DNA of 64,000 bases, taken from assembly GCA_040768985.1 (NCBI GenBank), contig JAXGLX010000002.1:1856637-1920636 (forward strand), written 5' to 3'. Positions within the stretch are counted from its first letter, which is position 1; every line of letters begins with the position of its first letter. Below are positions 37,516-46,650 of the stretch, one piece after another. This DNA is from Acidobacteriota bacterium (GTDB lineage: Bacteria; Acidobacteriota; JAAYUB01). The notes beneath the pieces are model-generated. The model saw nothing but the letters and a program-made list of their open reading frames with translations. It did not search any database and was not told the DNA's origin. The translations under genes and the position numbers were made by a program.

Positions 37516-38523
37516 ATGACCGATGATGCCCCCGTCAAGATCAAGCAGCCGCCGGTCCTGTTCAGCCAGACCCAGGAGATCATCCAGCGCCTGGCCGGCC
37601 TTCTGGACGGCGTGCTCATCACTTACTGGAACAGCCCCAGCGGCTCGGTCTGCGACAACGACGTCGTCGCCGTCCACCAGATGCTGGAGCGGATCGGCCG
37701 GGTGGAGCGCCTCTACCTCTTCATCAAGTCCGAGGGGGGCGACGGCCAGGCCGCGCTCCGGATCGTCCACCTGCTGCGCCAGTACGCCCGGGAGATCGTC
37801 GCGCTGATCCCGCTGGAGTGCGCCTCGGCGGCCACCATGATCGCGCTGGGGGCCAACGAGCTGCACATGGGACCCATGGCCCACCTCACGGCCATCGACA
37901 CGTCGCTGACGCACCCGCTCTCCCCGGTGGACCGCGACAACGAGCGGGTGAGCGTCAGCCTGGACGAGCTCAAGCGCGTGATCGGGCTGTGGGACCGGGA
38001 GAAGCAGGTGGAGCAGTCCAACCCGTACCAGGCCCTCTTCGCCCACGTGCACCCGCTGGTGATCGGCGCGGTGGACCGGGCCGACTCGCTCTCCATCATG
38101 CTCTGCAAGGAGATCCTGTCGTACCACATCCAGGACGAGGCCACCGCCGAGCGGATCGCCCACACCCTGAACACCCGCTACCCCTCGCACTCGTATCCCA
38201 TCCTGTCCATCGAGGCGCGCCGGCTGGGTCTGGCGGTGCGCGAGCTCGAGCCGGCGGTGCACGATCTGCTCATCGACCTGAACCTGATCTACGCCGAGAT
38301 GGGGCAGCGCGCCGTGACCGACTTCAGCGAGATCCGCAGCCACAACAACGAGATCCTGAACATCATCGAGACGCGCGACGTCCAGCTCTACTTCCAGACG
38401 GACAAGGACTGGTTCTACCGCACCGAGGAGCGCCGCTGGGTGCCGCTCAACGACAACAGCTGCTGGCGCCTCGTGGAACGGATCGACGGCAAGATCCGCA
38501 AGCAGATGTTCCATCTGGCCTGA
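37516..38523 (+). CDS. ClpP/crotonase-fold serine protease (SDH_sah / S49-like family)
   Basis: 335 aa; LYLFIKSEGGDGQAALRIVHLLRQY...ALIPLECASAATMIALGANELHMGPMAHLTAID resembles the GxAASxG nucleophile region of ClpP-fold proteases. An alternative ATG at 37401 lacks an RBS. Confidence 0.6.
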   Translation: MTDDAPVKIKQPPVLFSQTQEIIQRLAGLLDGVLITYWNSPSGSVCDNDVVAVHQMLERIGRVERLYLFIKSEGGDGQAALRIVHLLRQYAREIVALIPLECASAATMIALGANELHMGPMAHLTAIDTSLTHPLSPVDRDNERVSVSLDELKRVIGLWDREKQVEQSNPYQALFAHVHPLVIGAVDRADSLSIMLCKEILSYHIQDEATAERIAHTLNTRYPSHSYPILSIEARRLGLAVRELEPAVHDLLIDLNLIYAEMGQRAVTDFSEIRSHNNEILNIIETRDVQLYFQTDKDWFYRTEERRWVPLNDNSCWRLVERIDGKIRKQMFHLA

Positions 38524-38555
38524 CCGGGCGGGCCGGCCGCCGGGAGCCGACGGAC

Positions 38556-39719
38556 ATGCCGGGGCACCGCTTTCATCTCACCCTCACCGAGCGCTGCAAC
38601 GCCCGCTGCGCCCACTGCTATTGGGACGCGGCCGGCGTCCATCCCGATCCCGGCCTCGATCGCGTGGCGCACATCCTGGCGGAGTTCCGGCGTTTCGGCC
38701 GCGCCCACAGCGAGCGGGGCCGGTCCATCCTAACCCTGAGCGGCGGCGAACCCACCCTGCGCCACGACCTCGAGGCGGTGATCCGCCTGGCCCGGCGGCG
38801 GGGCTTCCGCGTGCGCCTCGTCACCAACGCCATGGCGCTCGACGCGGCGCGGGCCCGGTCGCTGCGGCAGGCCGGCCTGCGGCTGGTCCAGGTGAGCGTG
38901 GACGGGACCGAGGCCGGCACGTTCGAGCGCGTGCGCGGTCCAGGCACATGGGATCCGACGCGGACCGGCATCGAGGCGCTGCGATCCGCGGGGATGTTCG
39001 TGGTGCTGAGCATGGTCCTGCTGCCGGACGTCAACCTGGACGAAGCCCCCCGCCTGCTGGACCTGACCCGGACGCTGGGCGTGGCCGGCGCCAAGTTCGC
39101 CCGGCCGGTCTGCGCCGGTCAGGCCGAACGCCACAGCGCCGCCGGCGCGGCCGACTACTGGGGGGCGTTCCGCCGGATTCTGGAGCACGCCCGGGCCATC
39201 CGCTACCGCCGGCCGTTGCTCCTGTTCGATCCGCTGGCCCATCGCCTGGTTGCCGACCACCCGGAGCTGACCCGCGGCGTGTGGGGACTGGACACCGTGC
39301 TCTGCCGCTGCGAGCGGACCGAGCTCGTGGAGGTCAACGGCGCCACTGGTGACGTGTACTACTGCCGCCTGCGCCACCCGCTGGGCAACCTGGACCGTGA
39401 CGACCTGGTGGGGCTCTGGCGCACCCACCCGGCGCTGGACGCCATCCGCCGCCGCGCGCCCGCCTCGGCCTGCGCCGCCTGCCCCGCGTGGGCGGGGTGC
39501 CGCGGGGGCTGCCCCGCCGTCACCTTCGGCCGAACGGGCGCGGTCGATCGCCAGGACGCCGATTGCCCCGCCGTGGCCGCCCAGTCTGAACCGCCGTGCA
39601 ATCTGCCCGCTGGCGCGTACCCGCGCCCCGCCCGGCTGTCGCTGCCCGCAGCCGCCCGGAGCGCCGGGCGGCTGCTCCGCTCCCTGGCCTTCTACACGGT
39701 GCTGCGCAACCGGGGGTAA
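38556..39719 (+). CDS. Radical SAM enzyme with C-terminal SPASM/twitch Cys cluster (peptide- or protein-modifying maturase type)
   Basis: LTLTERCNARCAHCYW (CxxxCxxC), GGEPTL, C-terminal CRLRHP...CAACPAWAGCRGGCPA...DADCP; 33 nt downstream of the protease gene. Confidence 0.8.
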   Translation: MPGHRFHLTLTERCNARCAHCYWDAAGVHPDPGLDRVAHILAEFRRFGRAHSERGRSILTLSGGEPTLRHDLEAVIRLARRRGFRVRLVTNAMALDAARARSLRQAGLRLVQVSVDGTEAGTFERVRGPGTWDPTRTGIEALRSAGMFVVLSMVLLPDVNLDEAPRLLDLTRTLGVAGAKFARPVCAGQAERHSAAGAADYWGAFRRILEHARAIRYRRPLLLFDPLAHRLVADHPELTRGVWGLDTVLCRCERTELVEVNGATGDVYYCRLRHPLGNLDRDDLVGLWRTHPALDAIRRRAPASACAACPAWAGCRGGCPAVTFGRTGAVDRQDADCPAVAAQSEPPCNLPAGAYPRPARLSLPAAARSAGRLLRSLAFYTVLRNRG

Positions 39720-39930
39720 CGGCCGCCAGTCTTTCACCACAAAGACACGAAGGACACAGAGGAATCCAGTTGTCATTGATCATCTGACATTTTTCATCGG
39801 GCATTTCGGATTATTGGTTAGTAATCGTAATTCGTAATCGTAATCGTGCTCGAGGCTCGAGCACGAATTACGAATTACGAGCACGAAATCCGAAGTCCGA
39901 TATCCGATGTCCGATGTCCGATGTCCGTCC
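39720..39930. repeat. 3'-end conserved element (39725-39815) plus composite repeats (CGTAAT, CTCGAGGCTCGAGC, TCCGATATCCGATGTCCG)
   Basis: CACCACAAAGACACGAAGGACACAGAGGAATCCAGTTGTCATTGATCATCTGACATTTTTCATCGGGCATTTCGGATTATTGGTTA is near-identical to the element at 18380-18464 (reverse complement). Confidence 0.8.
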
Positions 39931-39932
39931 CC

Positions 39933-40592
39933 CTACAGCATCGCCACCAGCACCATCAACACCGTGACCAGCATGGCCGGGTTGTCCAGCCAGCCGGGGA
40001 CGGCTGCTTCCGCTGCGGCCCCGGCCAGGGCCGCGGCGCCGGCGGCGGGCAGCAGCGCCGGCAGGGCCAACCCGTAGCCGAAGTGGCCGCCGATCGTCAC
40101 GATCCCCAGGACGGCTGCTGCGTTGACGGCCGCCCCGACCAGCGACTTGCCTGTCCAGGGGAGACGCGGTCCGCCCAGGCGCCGGCCGGCGATCGCCGCG
40201 GCGGCGTCCCCCCCGCTCATGGCCAGCACCGCCAGCACCAGCTCCGCGCGCCGGCCGGCCAGCCAGGCCCAGCCAAGGGCGAGCAGCGGCCAGACCACCA
40301 CGGCCAGGTAGTAGAGGCCGCGCTCCAGGCGGATGGTCCGCCGGTGGCGCCGCCAGTTGGCTCCCGCATTGCCGGCGAGGATCAGGGCGAGAGCCGGCAG
40401 GAACAACCAGGCCCGCGTCAACCCGTGGACCAGGGGAATCACCCAGACCCCCAGCGCCACGTGGAACACCTTCCGCCCGGCGAACGCCGACAGGCGGCCC
40501 CGCCGGACGACTCCCCCCAGCAGGTCGTGGGTCAACCGCATGCCCGCGAGCCACGCGCCCGCAATGACCAGTTCCCAACCCAGATCGCTCAT
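39933..40592 (-). CDS. Integral membrane protein, CTP_transf_1 (CdsA / dolichol-kinase-like) family candidate
   Basis: 219 aa, ~6 TM; C-terminal SGGDAAAAIAGRRLGGPRLPWTGKSLVGAAVN resembles the cytidylyltransferase family signature. Confidence 0.5.
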   Translation of the reverse strand: MSDLGWELVIAGAWLAGMRLTHDLLGGVVRRGRLSAFAGRKVFHVALGVWVIPLVHGLTRAWLFLPALALILAGNAGANWRRHRRTIRLERGLYYLAVVVWPLLALGWAWLAGRRAELVLAVLAMSGGDAAAAIAGRRLGGPRLPWTGKSLVGAAVNAAAVLGIVTIGGHFGYGLALPALLPAAGAAALAGAAAEAAVPGWLDNPAMLVTVLMVLVAML

Positions 40593-40758
40593 GCCTCCAT
40601 TATGCCAGACGAGACGCCACCCGGCCAGTCGTCTGCCGCCCCCCGGCTGGTCCGGCGCGGTTCCCTTCGAAAATAATTATTTACAAAAATTGCGAAATTT
40701 ATCGCCGGTGCTGTCGATAAATACACTAAAGTAGTGATCCATCCCCCTGGAGGTGCCC

Positions 40759-41982
40759 ATGTCAATAGGTGGTGTCGGAGGAAAAGGTCACATCGACCTT
40801 CCGGAAGGACAACAGCCCCTTGATACCAAGCAGGACATCCAGCAGGCCGCTCCCCAGCAGTTCACCGACGGCATCGTCGGCGCGCAGCAGGTGGCCACGA
40901 ACGTGCTGGATGCAGTGGGCGGGAACCAGCAGGTCGCCCACGGTTCCGTGGAGCAGCTTCAGCTGATGCTCCAGGCGGTGGTCGCCGGCGGCGAAACCCG
41001 CATCCCGGACGAAGACAAGATGCCCAACTACGACCAGGGCAGCACCAACGGCTGCGGCACCACCAGTCTGGCCATGATCCTGAGCTACCTCACCGGCCAG
41101 AACATCACCCAGGCGGACATCGACAAGGCCATCCGCCGCATGGACGTGTTCACCTCGCCCGGCGACCTCCTGGAATTCGCCCGGGACCAGGGGCTGGCGG
41201 CCGAAGGCTACAACAACGGCACCTGGGAGGAGATGAAGGGATTCATCGACCGCGGCCTGCCGTGCCAGGCGCTCATCTCCGCAGACGGCTCCGCCGACCC
41301 CACCAAGCTGCACTACGTCGCCATCACCGGTTACGGCACGGACCCGGCTACCGGCGAGGAGTACGTGATCATGCATGATCCGGCCTCCGGCACCGAGAAG
41401 AACATGCCCATGTCGGAATTCCTGCAGAAGTGGAGCGCCCCGACAGCGGGCTTCGAGAACTACTTCAACGTCTACGGCCCGGATGGCACCGACCTGCCCC
41501 CAAGCCGTTTCGACGGCATCCAGGGCACGTTGTGCTTCTCCGAAGGCTTCGCCAACATGACCAACAATTTGAACCGCCTGTACGACCCCGACAGCGTCGG
41601 CAGCTGGTTCCACGGCCTCATCGGCTTTCCCGGCGGGATCGTCCAGACGGTGGGCGGCGCCATCGGCGGCGGCATTTCCCTGCTGGGCCAGTGGATGAAC
41701 GACGGGGTGGAGGGCATCCCCGTGGTGGAGAACCTGGTCCAGCCATTCGGCGACCTGTTCCACGGCGTCGGCTCCGCCTTCAGCGACGTGGTGGGCGGCT
41801 TCGGCGAGGCGTTCGATTCCTGGGGCCAGGGCTTCGAGGATCTGTTCAGCGGCGACGTCGGCGGATTCTTCAGCGGGATCGGCGAAGGATTGCTGGACAT
41901 CGGCAGCGGCATCGTCGAGGGTGTCGGCGACTTCTTCGGCGGGGTGGCGGATGCAGTGGGCGACTTCTTCAGCGGCTGGTAA
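40759..41982 (+). CDS. Papain-like cysteine peptidase, C39-like domain (Peptidase_C39_2 type) with Gly/Asp/Phe-rich repetitive C-terminal tail
   Basis: YDQGSTNGCGTTSLAMILSYLTG (catalytic Cys context), KLHYVAITGYG (His), MHDP (Asp). C-terminal ~150 aa made of GxxGxxxDxFSG-like repeats. ATG at 40759 with a GGAGGTG RBS. No Sec signal. Confidence 0.6.
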   Translation: MSIGGVGGKGHIDLPEGQQPLDTKQDIQQAAPQQFTDGIVGAQQVATNVLDAVGGNQQVAHGSVEQLQLMLQAVVAGGETRIPDEDKMPNYDQGSTNGCGTTSLAMILSYLTGQNITQADIDKAIRRMDVFTSPGDLLEFARDQGLAAEGYNNGTWEEMKGFIDRGLPCQALISADGSADPTKLHYVAITGYGTDPATGEEYVIMHDPASGTEKNMPMSEFLQKWSAPTAGFENYFNVYGPDGTDLPPSRFDGIQGTLCFSEGFANMTNNLNRLYDPDSVGSWFHGLIGFPGGIVQTVGGAIGGGISLLGQWMNDGVEGIPVVENLVQPFGDLFHGVGSAFSDVVGGFGEAFDSWGQGFEDLFSGDVGGFFSGIGEGLLDIGSGIVEGVGDFFGGVADAVGDFFSGW

Positions 41983-43180
41983 GACCCAGCCGGCGCGCGG
42001 CGCCGCCGTCCTGCTGCTGGTGCTGGCCCTGGGCGTGGCGACTGCCGCGCCACGCCCCACGGCCACGGTCACCGGACGCGTGATGGAAGGGGACGCCTGG
42101 CGACCGCTGGCCGGCGTCACCGTCGCCTGGGACAAGCAGCGCGCCGTCACCGGCGCCGACGGTGCCTACCAGTTGCGGCTGCCGGCGGGCGTGCGCACGC
42201 TGACGTTCTCGGCTCCCGGCCGAGCCGCGGCGCGCAAGCTCGCGGTGATCCGCGATCCGGGCAAGGCCGTCCGGCTGGATGCCATCCTGCCGGCCGCGGG
42301 TCCGGCGCCGCCGCTCCGGCTGGCCCTGAACCGGGGCCTGTTCCTGACCTCCGCCGGCAAGACGCTGCCCGCGGACACCAAGCCCGCCAGTTCCCTCGGC
42401 CTGGCCGATGCCAATGGCAACCAGGACCGGCCGCTCCGGCTGAATCTCCGGGGCTTCAACGCCTGGGCGCCGGTGTGGGCGCCCGGCGGCCGGGCGGTCT
42501 ACTACGGCGTGGACGGCACCTTCCGTAAATCGTCCGACCGCAAGTACCTGGGTGTTTTCCGCCACGAGCCGGCCACGGGCCGGACGGAAGCGGTGCTCCG
42601 CGGCCACGGCATCCGGCACATCGCGCGAAGCCCCGACGGCGCCGCCCTGGCGGCCGCCGGCGAAAAATCCCTCTACGTGCTGGACGCGGCGGCCCATCCC
42701 AACCCCAGCCCGCGCCCGGTCATCTCTCTGGACAGCGCGCGGGGCTGGCTCCTGTCGGTGGCGTGGGGGCCGGCCGATTGGATCTACGTCACGGTGGACG
42801 ACCAGATCCCGCTGGATGAGCGGCGATCCGTCTCGCGGCCGCGCATTGCCCGGGTGCATCCGGACGGTTCCGGGCTGGAACCGCGCTGGGCCGCGGCCGA
42901 GCAGTCCGCCTGCCGGTATCCACTGGCACTGGCGGACGGCGCCGTCCTGTTCGGGCGGCACGCCCTGGATGGCACCGCCCAGGAGATCTGGCTGCGACCC
43001 GCTTCTGAGGAATCCGAGCGGAAGCTCGCCGAGACAGCGCTGCGCCCGGTCTGGCTGGACGCGGCGGGCCGCCGGTTGTATTACATCCACATGCTGGATC
43101 TGCACGTCCGCGACCTGCGGACGGGCGTGGATCTGATCCTGGTCCAGTCCGTGGTGCAGGCGGACTACCGCCGCGACTGA
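41951..43180 (+). CDS. Secreted protein with CarboxypepD_reg-like domain and TolB-like beta-propeller
   Basis: Signal peptide MQWATSSAAGKTQPARGAAVLLLVLALGVATAA; TVTGRVMEGDAWRPLAGVTVAWDKQRAVTGADGAYQL; WD40/TolB-like repeats (SPDGAALAAAG...). The start overlaps the previous gene by ~32 nt. Confidence 0.55.
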   Translation: MQWATSSAAGKTQPARGAAVLLLVLALGVATAAPRPTATVTGRVMEGDAWRPLAGVTVAWDKQRAVTGADGAYQLRLPAGVRTLTFSAPGRAAARKLAVIRDPGKAVRLDAILPAAGPAPPLRLALNRGLFLTSAGKTLPADTKPASSLGLADANGNQDRPLRLNLRGFNAWAPVWAPGGRAVYYGVDGTFRKSSDRKYLGVFRHEPATGRTEAVLRGHGIRHIARSPDGAALAAAGEKSLYVLDAAAHPNPSPRPVISLDSARGWLLSVAWGPADWIYVTVDDQIPLDERRSVSRPRIARVHPDGSGLEPRWAAAEQSACRYPLALADGAVLFGRHALDGTAQEIWLRPASEESERKLAETALRPVWLDAAGRRLYYIHMLDLHVRDLRTGVDLILVQSVVQADYRRD

Positions 43181-43204
43181 TCCGCGCTGAACGGAACGAC
43201 TGCC

Positions 43205-43243
43205 GCTCGCCGCGCGCTAACCCCGCGCGGCGGGCTTTTTTTG
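43205..43243 (+). terminator. Rho-independent terminator (CGCCGCGCG-loop-CGCGCGGCG + T7), overlapping the 3' end of the convergent BLUF gene
   Basis: 9-bp GC stem followed by TTTTTTT on the plus strand immediately after the stop of CDS 41951..43180. Confidence 0.5.
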
Positions 43244-43726
43244 CGTCCCCTTCCGCGCGGGCGCCTTACGGCGCGGCGACGGCTGCTCTGCCGGGCTGCC
43301 GGCCGGCGCAAGGGTCAGCTCGTGCCACGCCGCCCGCTCCAGGACGGCCGTCAGCCCGCTGATGATCTCGCCGTGGCGCATGATCGCCTGGATGATGGCC
43401 TTCAGCGGCTCCAGGCGGAGATCGGTCGCGGTGTCGAGGTCGACCTTCTTCATCTCCCAACCCGGGAACAGCCGCGTCAGATTCCCCTCCTCCACGCGCA
43501 GGGTGAGCACGTCCCGGTGGCGGGGATCGCGCAGGATACGGGAGTACAATTTGTCCAACGCGTCGTCGGGTCCCTCGATGACCTGGAAGAAGACGCCGCC
43601 GGTGGCCATGAGCAGTCCGGTGATGCCGAGCTTCCGGTTTTTGGCGGCCGACTGGGCGGCGATCCGCTCAATGTCGCGGGCGGTCATGGGGGCGGCGAAC
43701 CGGCTGATGTACTTGATCCGTTTCAT
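43217..43726 (-). CDS. BLUF domain blue-light photoreceptor (FAD-binding) with basic C-terminal tail
   Basis: YISRFAAPMTARDIERIAAQSAAKNRKLGITGLLMATGGVFFQVIEGPDDALDKLYSRILRDPRHRDV, the canonical BLUF Y...Q...N...GITG pattern; AAGGAGACGA RBS. Confidence 0.85.
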   Translation of the reverse strand: MKRIKYISRFAAPMTARDIERIAAQSAAKNRKLGITGLLMATGGVFFQVIEGPDDALDKLYSRILRDPRHRDVLTLRVEEGNLTRLFPGWEMKKVDLDTATDLRLEPLKAIIQAIMRHGEIISGLTAVLERAAWHELTLAPAGSPAEQPSPRRKAPARKGTQKKPAARG

Positions 43727-43859
43727 TCTTTCGTCTCCTTAAGTGGTGCTGGCGGTAGCGGCCCGCCGCTCTCTCATTGGATGCCGCCGCGCCGCGCCGG
43801 TCGCAACCGAACCGTTCGCCGCGCGACGTTGCAATGGCAAGAACCCTGTCGGCCATCGC

Positions 43860-44400
43860 CATGGCTCGTTCCCGTAACGCGGACATCGGACTTCGGAAAT
43901 CGGATATCGAATGTCGTGCTCGTAATTGAAATTCATAATCGTAATCGTGATCCTAAGCCGGCGTAGCCGGAACCCATTGATTGAAAGGATCTGGAATTCA
44001 CTCGTCCAATCAGTCGTTCATCGATCGGCCCAGCGCCTGAGACATGCGCACGATCCGCCGGTTGGCAACGTGGAGGTACCGCGAGCGGCAGCGAGCGGCG
44101 CGACAGCCCACTCGGCACGCCTGACCCCAGTTGCCCAACCACTCTGTCCGTGCCGCTTGAATGCCCGTCCGGTCGTCAAAGGGCCAACCATCGCCGCTGG
44201 GTCGGCAACGACACACCCGGTCGCGTGACACGCACTACAGTCAACGTGATGGAATGGTTTCGTGGCGTCGGGACATCAAGGCGGCTGGCCCTTCGCGCCG
44301 CTCGCTGCCGCTCGCGGTACCTCCCGTCTGCCGGCTGCTTGATCATGCTCATGGCTTCAGTCAAAAGATCTTGCCAAAAATTGGCAGAATTTCAGGAGTA
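43860..44400. repeat. Miniature (MITE-like) deletion derivative of the 2.5-4.25 kb unit, inverted: L-end motif at 43930-43985, R-end motif at 44355-44400, and a 31-bp perfect inverted repeat pair (44072-44102 / 44294-44324) inside
   Basis: Reverse complements of the L and R motifs found around CDS 2498..4060. GGAGGTACCGCGAGCGGCAGCGAGCGGCGCG and its exact reverse complement are 191 bp apart. ORF 44161..44784 ends with a degenerate QKILPKIGRISGVTDY copy of the 520-aa protein C-terminus. Confidence 0.75.
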
Positions 44401-44732
44401 ACTGACTACCGGAGACCCGAGGCCGGGCCGCATCGGCTGCCGGTTCCGGCCTCGTCTCAGCCCGACTTCCAATTCCGCTTTTGGCCTGACCCGTCACGGT
44501 GGCGACCCTGTGTTCGCGTGGAGAAGAATTTTCAACTGGCGAAATCGCCTCCAGCCGCGCCGTTCGAGGTGCATCTCCCGCCCATGACAGCAGACAAGCT
44601 TTCCGCCATGTGGTACGATGACCGCATTCCACGTGTTTGTGTTTCTGATCCGGTTTGCGCCTTGGATATATTCGGAGGTTGTATTCTCCATCGCCACGTG
44701 CCGGGATACGATCGCCAACAGAGAGGTGGGCC

Positions 44733-46610
44733 ATGCATCGGTTCATTTGGTTACTGGCGTCGGGCATTCTATTCGTTGGGCTGATTAGCGCGGAATACGA
44801 CTGGAAGGAGAGCCAGAAACTCTGGAAGGAAGTCCAGAAATTGGACAAAAAGTGCCAGAAAGGGGATCGCAAGGCCTGCCTCAAACTCAGCCAGCTCGCG
44901 ATATCCCACCCGGACAACTCCATCCGAGCGATGGCCGCCGTTAGGATCACCGATCAGACGCTGCGGAATCGCCTGGCCCTGGAAGATCCGGACCCCAAAG
45001 TCCGCCGGGCAGCGGTCCGCGGCGTCTCCGACCAGGCGGTGCGGGCCCGGGTCGCGCTGACCGACACGGACGCCGAGGTCTGTGAAACCGCCGTGGAAAA
45101 ACTCACAGACCCGGAGGCCCTGGCACAGTTGGCCATCGATGATCGGCATTCCCTCATGGTCGATGGGCGAGTGCAAAAAACCGCCGTCAAGAACCTGAAT
45201 GATCAGGCGGCCCTGGCCCGAGTGGCCATCGAGTCCAAGATTTGGACGATCCGACTGGCGGCGGTCGAGAAGCTCTCCGATCCGGCGGCTCTGGCCCGCG
45301 TGGCCATCGAGGCAAACGACTTTCGAGGGGAAAATTCCCTGGCCGCGGGCAAGCTGACGGATCCGGCGGCCCTGGCCCGTGTGGCAGTTAAAAGCCCGTA
45401 TCGCAATGTGCGCATCACAGCCGTCAAGAAGATCTCAGACCAGGCGGTCCTGGCCGAGGTGGCGCTCAAGGATACGGACAAAGAAGTCCGTCTGGCCGCT
45501 GTGAAGAAGCTCACCGATCCGGCCGTCCTGGCCGAAGTGGCGCTCAACGATGAAGTCGCGGACATCCGATTGTCTGCCGTAACGAGGCTCACAGATCAGG
45601 CAGTCCTGACAAAGATTGCCCTTGAGGACCCCGCGGCCAGTGTCGGAGTGGCCGCAACGGAAATACTCTGGGACCAGGAAACGCGGGGCCGGGTGGCGCT
45701 CCAGAGCCCCCATGAGGCCGTCCGCCGGGCGGCGCTGCGAAATCTCATCAGCGAAAAGGTCCTGTACCGGGTTGCGCTCGATAGTGACGATGCGTTCGTC
45801 CGCCAGGATGCCACCGAGCGACTCGTCGATCAGGAACTGCTGACACGGCTTGCGGCGGATAGCCGGGACACGGTCGTCCGTCAGGTGGCCGTCGGGAAGC
45901 TCAAAGATGCGACGGTTCTGGCAAGATTCGCCCTGGAAGAACCGGACGAGCAGGTCCGCGCAGCCGCGGTGCGCAACATCACCGATCCGGCGGTGTTGGT
46001 CCAGGTGGCCGCTAAGGACAAGGATCCGATTTTGCGCTGGACAGCGGTCGGCAAATTGGATGATCCGGGTAAGCTGGGCGCGTTGGCAGCCAGGGAAACC
46101 GATCCGATGGTCTGCACCCGGATTCTCAGCCGGTTGCCGGACGCGTCACCCGCGCTGTTGCCGGTGGCCGGAGACCTCAGCCGGTCTGCCCGAAATGCCC
46201 GCGAGGGCATTGCCCGCATCAAGCTCGCCGTCAGGGAACCGCGGGTCCAGATCCGGTGCCCAGGTCTCCAGACGGCTGTCGCGATTGACATCATTGGAGA
46301 GCAATACACCACGATGGGATTAGGCGGCAGGCGGTTATTAATCAGGGGTGAAAAAATTGCCGTCTCACTGCAATGGCAGAATAATCCTCCCGTCCAGAAA
46401 CAATGGCAATCGGCTTTTCCAAAGGATTTTTTGGCGTTGGACGGAGTATTTCCCCGGTTTCAGGAGGCGGATGTAAACGTCGGGGAGCTGCTGGAGGCGC
46501 TACTTCGAGCCGGCGATTTCACCCCGGACGACCTGGCAGAACTGGTTCGATCGAAGATTCCCGAGGTCCGCACCGCCGCACAGAAGCGGCAGACGGAGTT
46601 GACGAACTGA
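44733..46610 (+). CDS. HEAT / PBS-lyase-like repeat protein with N-terminal signal anchor
   Basis: At least 15 repeats of the ~31-aa unit (D..VR.AAV..L.DQAVLARVAL.D.D) following MHRFIWLLASGILFVGLISA; ATG at 44733 with a GAGAGGTGGG RBS. Confidence 0.75.
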   Translation: MHRFIWLLASGILFVGLISAEYDWKESQKLWKEVQKLDKKCQKGDRKACLKLSQLAISHPDNSIRAMAAVRITDQTLRNRLALEDPDPKVRRAAVRGVSDQAVRARVALTDTDAEVCETAVEKLTDPEALAQLAIDDRHSLMVDGRVQKTAVKNLNDQAALARVAIESKIWTIRLAAVEKLSDPAALARVAIEANDFRGENSLAAGKLTDPAALARVAVKSPYRNVRITAVKKISDQAVLAEVALKDTDKEVRLAAVKKLTDPAVLAEVALNDEVADIRLSAVTRLTDQAVLTKIALEDPAASVGVAATEILWDQETRGRVALQSPHEAVRRAALRNLISEKVLYRVALDSDDAFVRQDATERLVDQELLTRLAADSRDTVVRQVAVGKLKDATVLARFALEEPDEQVRAAAVRNITDPAVLVQVAAKDKDPILRWTAVGKLDDPGKLGALAARETDPMVCTRILSRLPDASPALLPVAGDLSRSARNAREGIARIKLAVREPRVQIRCPGLQTAVAIDIIGEQYTTMGLGGRRLLIRGEKIAVSLQWQNNPPVQKQWQSAFPKDFLALDGVFPRFQEADVNVGELLEALLRAGDFTPDDLAELVRSKIPEVRTAAQKRQTELTN

Positions 46611-46650
46611 GGCCAGACAAGTTCAGATCATGGGCGAGGTGAACATCGTG

